Assembly: GCF_044704955.1 (NCBI RefSeq)
Contig: NC_091999.1
Coordinates: 65,658,001 to 65,722,000, forward strand
Length of the DNA: 64,000 bases
Direction: 5' to 3'
DNA from: Pristiophorus japonicus
Taxonomy: Eukaryota
The translations under genes were made by a program, and so were the position numbers. Within the stretch, counting starts at the first letter, position 1; each line of letters begins with the position of its first letter. Below, one piece after another: positions 25,601 through 36,539 of this stretch. Below the pieces are notes generated by a model, which did no database searches, was not told the origin of the DNA, and saw nothing but the letters and a program-made list of their open reading frames with translations.

Positions 25601-26410
25601 TAAGTTTACATTGTTATGAAGTGTACATAACATTCTATTGTGTTACTGATACTGCCAATGTGGGTGAATTATCACACTGTTATTATGGTGTACATGCAGT
25701 TCTGATGGATTACTGACACTCTCACTGTCGGTGAATTATCACACTGTTATCCCTGTGTACATGTAGTCCTCTTCTCTTCTCAGGCAGTCTCTCGATTCGA
25801 GAATTATTTTCTTCCACGCAAAAAGTTCCCAGGTGTTTCAATGAAGGCCCTAATATTGCAGGTCCTGAACAGCGTATTGAAGGGTGTAAGATGCCTGTTC
25901 GTGGATTTTGTTGACATGTTGTGGCCGTTACACGCTAGCCACAACATAGGCTTGTCAGAGCTAGGTGTTGGTCAAGAGGCAAGAGTTAGCCAAGAGGACT
26001 GGAGATCAAACTCTGCTGCACGGACCTAGTGGGCACACATGTCGCAGTGTTGATTGGACCTTGCTGCCCTTGGGCCCACGCCTCTTCCATTTTACTTCTA
26101 GTTTGTTATTGACACTTTCAATGTGGGTGAATTAACATACTGTTGTCATTGTGTAATTTCCATTTGTATAATTGGTATTTTACTGTGCGTAAATTATTAC
26201 ACTGTTATGACGGTGGACTTGGAATTCTATTGTGTTTCTGACATTATCACTGTGGGTGAATTAACGCACTATAATCATTGTGTACATTTAATTCTATTTG
26301 GTTAACGTCACTCTCACTGTGGTAGAATTTTCACGCTGTTATCATTGTGTACACGTAATTCTATTGGGATAATGACACTGTCTCTATGGTTGAATTATCA
26401 CACTGTGTAC
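25600..26410. repeat. Degenerate ~65-68-bp tandem repeat in the GPCR intron (related copies at ~20580-20940 and ~23440-23500)
   Basis: Recurrent CACTGTGGGTGAATTATCACACTGTTATC..TGTGTACAT (25662/25730). Confidence 0.7.
25775..26085 (-). mobile_element. Non-autonomous RTE-tailed element (partial)
   Basis: Reverse-complement homology to 7030-7343 and 17570-17827. Confidence 0.7.
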
Positions 26411-27005
26411 ATATGCAGCAGGCAACTTAGCAGCTTGGCGAAGTACCACCAGCTCTTCCTCCGCAAGATCCTGCAAATCCATTGGCAGGACAGCCGCACC
26501 AACGTCATTATTCTCGCTCAGACCAACATACCCAGCATCGAAGCATTGACCACGCTGGATCAAATCTGATGGACAGGCCACCTTGTCCGTATGCACGACA
26601 CGAGACTCCCAAAGCATGCACTCTATGCGGAGCTTCGACAAGGCAAGCGAGACCTAGGTGGGCAGAGGAAACGCTTCAAGGAAAACCTCAAAGTCTCCTT
26701 GATAGAATGCAACATCCCCACAAACTGCTGGGAACTCCTTGATCACGACCGCCCTATGTGGAGAAAGATCATCCAGCAGAGCGCTGAGCACCTCGAGTCC
26801 CATTGCCGAGAACAAGCAGAAACCAAGTGTATCTACCGGAAGGAGCATCCATCAAGCCAGGCTTCCCACCCATCCTTCTCTTCAAGCACTGTTTGCCCCA
26901 CCTGTAACAGAGACTGTATGTTCTGCAATCACCCGAGAGCTCACTTTTAGAGTGGAAGCAAGTTATCCTCGACTCAGAGGGACTGCCTATGAAGATGATG
27001 AGGAT
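26405..27005 (+). mobile_element. RTE LINE 3' fragment
   Basis: LRKILQIHWQDSRTN..MHDTRLPKHALYAELRQGKR..QRKRFKENLK; tail GAGGGACTGCCTATGAAGATGATG. Confidence 0.92.
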
Positions 27006-29429
27006 GTCGTTCCATTGTGTTGTTGATATTAGCAGTTGCTGGCTCAGTTCTACAATTTGTTCATTAATTCCGATTATTTGCTAATGAAATTTAATTAATT
27101 AACTTGTTGAATATACATTATTTTGTGGTGAATTGTTGACATAAATATATTCAGTGCAATATGTGGCCGTTTTCAGCATGAATGTATATTTGCCAAAAAC
27201 TTACACAGCAAGCGTTACTGCTCTCCAACTCTGACTCTCACTGGTTCAGGCCGGCTCTTCTCTTCCACATTCGCAGCTGCTGCGAGTTCGAAAGCGACCG
27301 CTGCTGTGACTGGGAGTGCCTTATGGTCATAACACCTGGCAATGTCCCGGATTGTCCGCGTTTTCAAACTTTTCGAGACATGGACTGACGCCGCATAACT
27401 GGTTACATCTCTGGTATCTGAGTCACAAAGTTTAACGTTCAATATCCACACTCGGACTAAGCCAATTATTTATCTTGACAGCGCAGTACTGAACAAGTAT
27501 TGCATTGTTGGAGGGGCCTTTTACTGATCAGCTCCTCCTCACCTGCCAGTTCCAATGGGTCAGATTGACACCGACGATCCAAGGTGATCATCAGCAGAAG
27601 AGTTCGGAGTTTGCACCTCGCTGTTTGGGAATATGTTTGCGCAAGTTGACTGCTGAATTTTCCAATAGTGAATCATTTTACAGTAATTAATCAGATTAGG
27701 GTCTTTACGGTCAGCCGCAAGCCACAATCCGTTTTTATGCATTCTTCCTTTTTTCTTGTTACTTCTTCTTAATAACCTCTCAAATATCTTCTGTAAGCGC
27801 TTCTGAAATGTTAGTTTTGTTGACAATCTGATGACTCCATGTTGGTTTCCAGGTTTGCCGATGAGTTACTTTTCTCCATTATCATTCTTTACTTTATTTT
27901 ACATTACGATGTCATTGGCCTGTCAAATGTTTTATCCGGATCATTAATAAATCATGTGGTCAAAGTTTTAAATTTCACACATTATCCTGCCAAATGGATG
28001 ATTTTGCCTGGAGTCGGACCAGTAATATTACTGTTCTCGATCAATCACACACATTCACTCGCTCTGTCCCTTTCTCACAGATATTCACTCGCTTCCTCTC
28101 TGTCTCACACATTCTCTCTCTGTTACAGCTAAATTAGCAGTCATTGTGATCCTGCGTCGAGGAAGGTGCGGTCTCTCCAGATGTGTCACTCGGTATCTGG
28201 TGGCCATGGCCGTAACGGATCTGCTCGTCATTTTCGCCGCTGCTATATTAAACCGGATTGTAGGTATTTATTTCCCATTTAGCTTCCTGTCCATCACTCC
28301 GGTCTGTCGTTTCCATGTCGCCGTAATCTATGCAACCATAGACTGTTCTGCCTGGTTAACGGTCGCTTTCACCTTTGATCGATATGTGGCCATTTGTTGC
28401 CAGCAGCAGAAAGCAAAATATTGCACCGACAAAACCGTAGTAGTGGTTATTAGCAAGGTCTGTTCAATGAGTTGCTTAAAGAATACCGCATTGTATTTTA
28501 TATATGTACCTTTGTACACAGTTAACAACATACCCTGGTTCTGCAGCATAAGAAAAACATTTTATACATCAACAGCTTGGGTCGCATATGACTGGATTTT
28601 CCACATTTTAACTCCATGTCTCCCATTCATTCTGATTTTACTGCTCAATGCACTGACCGTCAGGCACATTTTAGCGGCCAGTTGACCCCGTAGGAGACTC
28701 CGGGCAAACAGCAATGGAGAGAATCCACACGATCCAGAGATGCAGAAGCGGAGAAATTCCATTGTTTCACTCTTCTGTATCTCGGGCAGTTTCAGCATGT
28801 TAAATGTTTTATTACTTAGAACTTTCATCTATGTCCAGATTGGGAGAATTATCTATTTCTCAGGTTCCACTGTCAATGAATCAAATATTATCCTGGAGGA
28901 ATGTGGATATATGCTTCATCTTTTGAGTTCCTGCATCAACCCGTTTATTTATGCAGGACCCAGAATAAATTCAGAGAGGAGGTAAAGAATGGGGTGAAAT
29001 ATCCACTGAGTCTCACTGTTAAATTATTTCAATTCTAAACAGAGTAAAGTATATAATGAATTGTACCTTGCTGTGCTCTCCTTTCCCGTGTCAGACGGGG
29101 CCTCCGCTCTCAGGTACACAGTCACTCGCTGTAAGATCCATACCCAATGTGAAATTAAGGAGATACGAGCAACAGTGATTCAGCGCACAATTCAGTGCTG
29201 TAACCCATTCTCAGTAAGTTTCCATTTATTTTTTCGGTACGGACTAAGGCCGTGGATTATTTCTACATTTAAGCCGGAAACCGATAGTGCGACCTTGGAC
29301 ATGTGATGGGAGATCAAGTTTAACATTTTAATCAAATGACCCAATATCCCCGCTGGGAATGATTTCTTTCTTCAGGGTCGGGCATGCTCTTACCAGGGAG
29401 GTGGCTTTTTCTGCAAACAATGTTTCTCG

Positions 29430-32400
29430 TTCTCTGGGCAATAGGAGCCTGCACTGCGCCCACACATTGTTCACACTCAATGGGCAATGGGAGGCCGCAC
29501 TGTTCCCACACATTGTTCACAGTCAATTGGCAATGGGAGCCCGCACTGTCCCCAAACATTGTTCACATTCACTGGCAATGGGAGCCCGCACTGTTCCCAA
29601 ACATTGTTGCCACTCACTGGGCAATGGGTACCCGCACTGTCCGCAGACATTGTTCACATTCACTGGGCAATGAGAGCCCGCACTGTCTCTGCACATTGTT
29701 CCCCACTCACTCGGCTATCGGAGCACGCACTGTCCCCAGACATTGTTCACATTCACTGGGCAATGAGAGCCCGCACTGTCTCTGCACATTGTTCCCGATT
29801 CACTGGGTAATGGGAGCCTGCACTGTCCCCAAACATTGTTCACATTCACTGGGCAATGGGAGCCCGCACTGTCCCCAAACATTGTTCCCCACTCACTGGG
29901 CAATGGGAGCCCGCACTGTCCCCAAACATTGTGCACATTCAGTGGGCAATGGGAGCCCGCACTGTCCCCACACATTGTTGCCACTCACTGGGCAATCGGA
30001 GCACGCACTGTCCCCAGACATTGTTCACATTCACTGGGCAATGAGAGCCCGCACTGTCCCCACACATTGTTGCCACTCACTGGGCAATCGGAGCACGCAC
30101 TTTCCCCAGACATTGTTCACATTCACTGGGCAATGGGTACCCGCACTGTCCGCAGACATTTTTCACATTCACTGGGCAATGAGAGCCCGCACTGTCTCTG
30201 CACATTGTTCCCCACTCACTGGGTAATGGGAGCCCGCACTGTCCCCAAGCATTGTTCACATTCACTGGGCAATGAGAGCCCGCACTGTCTCTGCACATTG
30301 TTCCCGACTCACTGGGTAATGGGAGCCTGCACTGTCCCCAAACTTTGTTCACATTCACTGGGCAATGGGAGCCCGCACTGTCCCCAAACATTGTGCACAT
30401 TCAGTGGGCAATGGGAGCCCGCACTCTCCCCAAACATTGTTGCCACTCACTCGGCAATCGGAGCACGCACTGTCCCCAGACATTGTTCACATTCACTGGG
30501 CAATGAGAGCCCGCACTGTCCCTACACATTGTTCCCCACTCACTGGGCAATGGGAGCCCGCACTGTCCCTACACATTGTTCCCCACTCACTGGGCAATGG
30601 GAGCCCCCACTGTCCCTACACATTGTTCCCCACTCACTGGGCAATGGGAGCCCGCACTGTCCCTACACATTGTTCCCCACTCACTGGGCAATGGGAGCAC
30701 GAACTATCACCACACATTGTTCACACTCACTGGGCAATGGGAGCACGAACTATCCCCACACATTGTTCCCACTCACTGGGCAATGGGAGCCCGCAATGTC
30801 CCCACACATTGTTCCCACTGACTGGGCAATAGGAGCCCGCACTGACCCCACACATTGTTCCCACTCATTTGGCAATGACCGCACTGTCTCCACACATTGT
30901 TCCCACTCAGTGGGCAAGGGGAGCCCGCTCTGTCCCCAAACATTGTTCGCCATTCACTGCACAATGGGAGCACGCAATGTCATAGAAACATAGAACAAAG
31001 TTGCAGGATCAGGCCATTCCGCCCTTCGAGCCTACACCGCCATTCAATATGGTCATGGCTTATCATGCAACTTCAGTGCACCAACTCCCGTCTTCTCTCC
31101 ATACCTCCTGATCCCCTTAGATGTGAGGGCGACATCTAACTCCCTCTTGAATATATCCAACGAACTGGACTCAGCAACTTTCTGTGGTAGAGAATTCCAC
31201 AGGTTCTCCACTCTCTGGTTGAAAAAGTGTCTCCTCATCTCGGTCCCTTATGGCTTACCCCTTATCCTTAGACTTTGACCCCTAGTTCTGGACTTCCCCA
31301 ACATCGGGAACATTCTTCCTGCATCTAACCTGTCCAGTCCGGTCAGAATTTTATGTTGCTATGAGATCCCCTCTCATTCTTCTAAATTCCTGTGCGTATA
31401 ACACTAGCCGATCCGGTCTTTCTTCATATGTCAGTACTGCCAACCCTGGAATTAGTCTGGTGAACCATCGCTGCACTCCCTCAATAGCAAGCACGGCCTT
31501 CCTCAGATTAAGAGACCAAAACTGCACACAATACTCATGGTGTGGTCTCACTAAGGACCTGTACAGTTGTAGTAAGACCTTCCTACTCCTATACTGAAAT
31601 CCTCTCGTTATGAAGGTCAACATGCCATTTGCTTTCTTTACAGCCTGCTGTCACTGCATGCCTACCTTCAGTGATTGCTGTAGCATGATACCTAAGTCTA
31701 TTTGCACCTATCTTTTTATTATTCTGTCACCATTCAGATAATAATATGCCTTCCTGAATTTTCCACCAAAGTGGATAACCTCACATTTATCCACATTATA
31801 TTGCTTCTGCCATGCATTTGCCCGTTTACCTAATCTGACCAAATCAATCTGCAGCCCCATCGCATCATTCTCACAGCTCACACTGCCACCACGTTTAGTT
31901 TCATCTGCAAAGTTTGAGATATTAGGTTAAATTCCTTCGTCTAAATCATTAATGTATATTGTAAATAGCTGGGGTCCCAGCACTGAACATTGCGACACCC
32001 CACTAGTCACTGACTGCCATTCTGAAAATGAACCGTTTATTCCCACTCTTTGCTTCCTGTCCGCCAACTAGTTCTCTATCCACGTCAATACGTTACTCCC
32101 AATACCATGTGCCTTAATTTTGTACACTAATCTCTTGTCTGGGACCTTGTAAAAAGCTTTTTGATAGTCCAAATACACCACATCCACGGGTTCTCCCTTA
32201 TCCATTCTACTAGTTACATCCTCAAAAAACCATAGAAGATTTGTCAAGCATGATTTGCCTTTTGTAAACCCATGCTGACTTCGCCCGATCCTTTCACTGC
32301 TTTCCAAATGCGCTGCTATTACATCTTTAGTAATTGATTCCAGCATTTTCCCCGCTATCAATGTCAGGCTAACTGTTCTATAATTCCCTGTTTCCTCTCT

Positions 32401-33575
32401 CCCTGTTTTTTTATTAAAGTGCGGTTACACGAGCTACCCTCAAATCCATTGGTACTGATCCAGATTCCATGGAATTTTGGAAAATATCCAACAATGCATC
32501 TACTATTTCTAGCACCACTTCCTCAAGTACTCTGGGATGCAGACTATCAGGCCCTGGGGATTTATCGGCCTTTAGTCCCATCAACGTCCTTACACCATTT
32601 CCTGACAAAAAAGGATTTCCCTCAGTTGCTCCTTCCTGCATGACCCTCAGTCTGTACTACTTTCTAGAGTTTATTCTTGACTTCCTTGGAGACTGCAAGG
32701 GACCTACATTAGCTTTCATTAATCATATTCTCTTCACATATATAAAGAAGCTTATGCAGTCAGTTTTTATGTTCGCTGCATGCTTCCTCTAATACTCTAT
32801 TTTCCCCTTGCTAATTAAACCCTTAGTCCTCCTCTGCTGAATTCTAAATTTCTCCCAGTCTCAGGTTTGCTGCTTTTTCTGGCCAATGTATCTGCTTCTT
32901 TCTTGGATTTCACACTATCGCTAATTGCCCTTGTTAGCAACGGTTGAGCTACCTTTCCTGTTTTGTTTTTACGCCAGACAGGGGTGTACAATAGTTGTAA
33001 TTCATCCATGTGATTTTTTCCCCAAACTTTGTTGCCACTCATTGGACAATCACCGTACTCTCCCCACACATTGTTCCTAATCAATGGGCAATGGGAGTCC
33101 GCACTTACTCCACACATTGTTCCCAATCACTGGGCAATGGGAGCCAGCAATGCCCCCACACATTTTTCCCAATCACTGGGCAATGGGAGCACGCACTATC
33201 CCCATACATTGTTCCCACTCACTGCGCAATGGAAGCCCGCACTGTCCCCAAACATTGTTCGTAAGCACTGGGCAATGACTGCTCTGTCCCCACACATAGT
33301 TCGCCACTTATTGCGCAATAGAAGCCCGCACTGTCCCCACAAATTGTTCCCCACTCACTGGACAATGGGGGCCCATAATTTCCCCACACATTGTTCCCCA
33401 CTCACTGTGCGAAGGCAGGCCGCCCAATCCCCACGCAATCTTTTCTTTCACTGGGCAATGGGATCCCGCACTGTCCCCTCACATTGTTCAACACTCACTG
33501 GGCAATGGTAGTTCTCATTATCCCCACACATTGTTCCCCACTCAGTGGACAATGAACGTACTGTCCCCACACATT
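29430..33575. repeat. 47-bp minisatellite array split by CR1
   Basis: Unit CACATTGTTCCCCACTCACTGGGCAATGGGAGCCCGCACTGTCCCCA (period 47, 30524/30571) at 29430-30980 and 33015-33575. Confidence 0.97.
30981..33012 (-). mobile_element. CR1 LINE inserted in the minisatellite
   Basis: KSPGPDSLHPRVL, HGFTKGKSCLTNLL and LYRSLVRPHHEYCVQFW; tail (reverse) CATAGAAACATAGAA. Confidence 0.96.
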
Positions 33576-33619
33576 TACTTCGCTGCCCGTTCCCAATAAA
33601 CCTTCACTTACATATCGCT

Positions 33620-34382
33620 CAAAAAATTCGTCACGTCAATCCATCCTCCTCAGGATTCAACAGAAAGAAACTGCCTCGAAGGCAATTATATCCCTCCTTA
33701 TATAAGTAGACCAAAACTATGCAATACTCGACGTGTGTCTCAACAGTACCTGTACAATGTAGCTGAACGTATCTGCTTTTATACTCCATCTTACTTAAAA
33801 TAAAGGCCAATAATCCATTTGCCTTCGTGATACCCTTTTGTGTATCAGGCACAAGATCGCCTGAGCCCTCTGAACTGCATCATTTTGTAATTATTCACCA
33901 TTGAAATAATAATTTGCTCTTTATATTTTCTGCTTAAGTGGATAATCTCACACTTTCCCACCGTATATTCGATCTACCAAATATTTGCCCACTCACTTAG
34001 TCTGTCTATTTCCCTCTGCAGATGTATTGTGTCCTCTTCTCAACTTGCTTACCAACCCATCTTTGTATAATCAGCAAATTTTACTGCATTACACACACCT
34101 TTTATCCAAATCATTAATATAGATTGTAATAGTTATGTCCGCACCAACGATCCATGTGACACCCCATAGTTACTATTTCCCAAACGGAAAGTGACCCATT
34201 TATAGCGACTCTCCGCTTTCTGTTGGTTAGCCAATTCTCTATTCATGTTTACACTGTGAACGTTTATCTTGTGCAGAACCTTTTATTTGGCTCATTATCG
34301 AATGCCTTCTGGAAATCCAAATGCACCACATTCAATGGTTCCACCTTATCCACCCAGCACATTACATTCTCAAAGAACTCCA
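33620..34382 (-). mobile_element. CR1 LINE fragment
   Basis: KANGLLAFI..MEYKSR and DFQKAFD motifs on the minus strand. Confidence 0.88.
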
Positions 34383-34954
34383 GTTGTTGTACGTTCAAAG
34401 CAATTCATCTCTATCAACTAGTTTACAATAGACCCATACATGAGCTGAAATAATCCCAGTGGGGGAGAGCTTAAGGACTCATAGGACCAAAGTGACCAGT
34501 TCCTCACAACATGCTACGCATACAACATATCATGTCTCAAATTACTTAAATAGTGTGCCCCGAAAGATTATTTTCAGAAATAAATCTATAAATTTGCATT
34601 CAACTGAATAAATACTGACTGTTCCCACGGTATGTCTAGGGAGATTGACCACTCGCCCAGTTAAATAATATGTTCTCAGAATATTTTTGAATGTACCCCC
34701 TTCAAGCACAGACCCTGCTTTTCTGGACAAGGTGATAAACATCGTTGCATGTGGTAGTATTGCCAAAGTGGCCGTTTTGTTTCTGATTGGCTCTCCAACT
34801 TCCCTGCACCTGTTGATGATTGGTCCCCTTTGGAGGACCAGCAATTGAGGGAACGAGATAATATTTCACATGGAGAGACTGTGGACACCGTCGCTTTCGT
34901 GTGCCCTCAATGATATCGCAGTCACTGTTGATTGGGATGAATTTATATTTTGCA

Positions 34955-35215
34955 GTCAGGGTTTAGGTTCGAACTTAATGTTTCAGGTGTTACTGTTTGG
35001 ATGTTTGCGGCTGGGGTTCGGGTGTTATGGTTAGAGTGCTGGAGTTAGGGTTAGGATTAAGGTGTTTGTGTTACCGTTTGGGGCTTTGCGGTTGGTGTTA
35101 GGGTGTTATGGTTAGGATGTTAGGGTTAGGAATAGGATAAAGGGGTTAGGGTTAGGTTTGATGTTTAACGTATGACTCAAACGTGTTAGGTTTAACAGAT
35201 TTGGTTATGGATACC
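34955..35215 (+). repeat. Degenerate interstitial telomere-like (TTAGGG)n tract
   Basis: TTAGGGTTAGG at ~35045, ~35120 and ~35146 among GGTTT/TTATGG variants. Confidence 0.7.
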
Positions 35216-35751
35216 AAGTTTTGAAGTTACACTCTGTAACGCATGGGGTGCTTAGCCTCCTAGAATAATTTCCATTGCAGGTTTGCGATGAATTGAAACT
35301 TTATATTAATCTATTCATCAGAAACTCAATGGCACTTATACTTGCCGTGGATGCTCAACGTTACAGAATAAGTCCTCCTAAAAATAGTTCAGCACGTTTA
35401 TTCCTGGAGAGTGTCTGTCCAAAGATGATGAAGTGCTGGCCGTTGGCTGCTCTTTGGAGGAGGGAGAGAGGAGGCGAGACCTGGACAGGTAGGAGAGGAC
35501 GGGGAGAAGTAGGGTAATAAAAAAAACAGGAAGATTGTATAAACACGGGATGCTGCCATCGGCACCAATAGCAGCCCACGGGACCAAAGCATCTTCAGCA
35601 GGACGGCAGCTCCGGGTCTTTCTCTCTGGTAACAAACCTGGTTTCTCATGGTAACCGAAAGCTCAGTTCAGTTTCAGATTCAACACCGAGGTTGCGAAAC
35701 TGCTGGATCAACGTCACATAGTGGCCAGAGAGGGAGTTAGTTTCGAGGTAA

Positions 35752-36195
35752 TGGAGCTTTACTCTGTATCGAACCCCATGCTTTACCTGCCCTGGGAGTG
35801 TTTGATGGGACAGTGTAGAGTGAGCTTTAGTCTTTTTTCTAACCCGTGTCTTACCTGCGTTGGAAGTGTTTGATGGGGCATTGTAGAATGAGCTTTAGGC
35901 TTTATCTAATCCGTGCTGTACCTGCCATGGGAGTGCTTGATGGGACAGTGCAGAGGGAGCTTTAGACTATATCTAACCCGTGCTGTACCTGCCCTGGGAG
36001 TGTTTTGTGGGCGAGTGTAGAGGGAGCGTTACACTCTATCTTACCCGTGTTGTACATGCCCTTGGAGTGTTTGATGGGACAGTGGAGAGGGAGCTTTACT
36101 TTTTATCTAACCCGTGCTTACCTGCCCTGGGAGTGTTTTATGGGACAGTGTAGAGGGAGCGTTACCCTGTATCTAACCAGTGCTGTACCTACCCT
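35752..36195. repeat. 67-68-bp minisatellite
   Basis: Unit GGGAGTGTTTGATGGGACAGTGTAGAGGGAGCTTTACTCTGTATCTAACCCGTGCTGTACCTGCCCT. Confidence 0.95.
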
Positions 36196-36484
36196 GAGAA
36201 CTACGATAGGGTTAAGGCTTCCAGCGAATAAACAAAATAACTTCACAGAAGATGATACTGATATGGTAGCGGTATTGAACAGGTACCACTGAAGTTTCCA
36301 CTGAAGTGGGCAACAAAGAGGACATGGCACCAGTACAGCAGTTCAAGAATGATACTACAATAGTTGAGACAGAAGAATAGGAAATACTAAATCATAAATA
36401 CAAATTTAAGAACAACCAAGACATGAATTGCAACTGTGGGTACTCGTGAAGACTAGCAAATGGATGGCAGAAGCAACCGTACCC

Positions 36485-36491
36485 ATATATT

Positions 36492-36527
<36 letters not shown>

Positions 36528-36533
36528 TATATA
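36485..36533. repeat. (TA)n microsatellite
   Basis: Near-pure TA run. Confidence 0.97.
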
Positions 36534-36539
36534 AACTAT

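Larger units (their letters stand above)
20255..29038 (+). pseudogene. GPR139/GPR142-like class A GPCR pseudogene, copy 1 (exon 1 20255-20324, exon 2 28129-29038)
   Basis: Exon 1 MHGSPKGLVFALYYPAIATIGVA-G|GTAAAG, 7.8-kb phase-1 intron, exon 2 AKLAVIVILRRGRCGLS..YLVAMAVTDLLV..FTFDRYVAIC..PCLPF..SCINPFIY. In-frame TGA at 28683, frameshift near 28957, TM1 Asn changed to Lys. Confidence 0.92.
9945..35480 (-). pseudogene. Putative decayed multi-exon gene of unknown identity (exon remnants)
   Basis: Minus-strand AG..GT-bounded candidate exons: 35346-35480 (GC donor), an exon ending at 34924, 29394-29410, 29067-29128, 27205-28030, 19813-19864, 12553-12698, 10752-10891, 10316-~10620 and 9945-10019. 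Several have GTAAGT/GTGAGT/GTAAGC donors and compatible phases; isolated stops are present. Confidence 0.45.

Noticed and set aside
24877-25716. 279-aa ORF as a host gene (likewise 40529-41269, 56141-56761 and 59476-60039)
   Set aside because: C-terminal CR1 ORF2 fragments from truncated insertions.
28146-28985. Functional GPR139 ortholog or stop read-through in copy 1
   Set aside because: Besides the TGA there is a frameshift and loss of the TM1 Asn; the sequence is a divergent paralog, so no gene symbol is given.
29384-30993. Long ORFs of 280 and 385 aa with Cys/His-rich repeats
   Set aside because: Read-through of a stop-poor 47-bp minisatellite; the same peptides cycle through all frames, with no gene structure.
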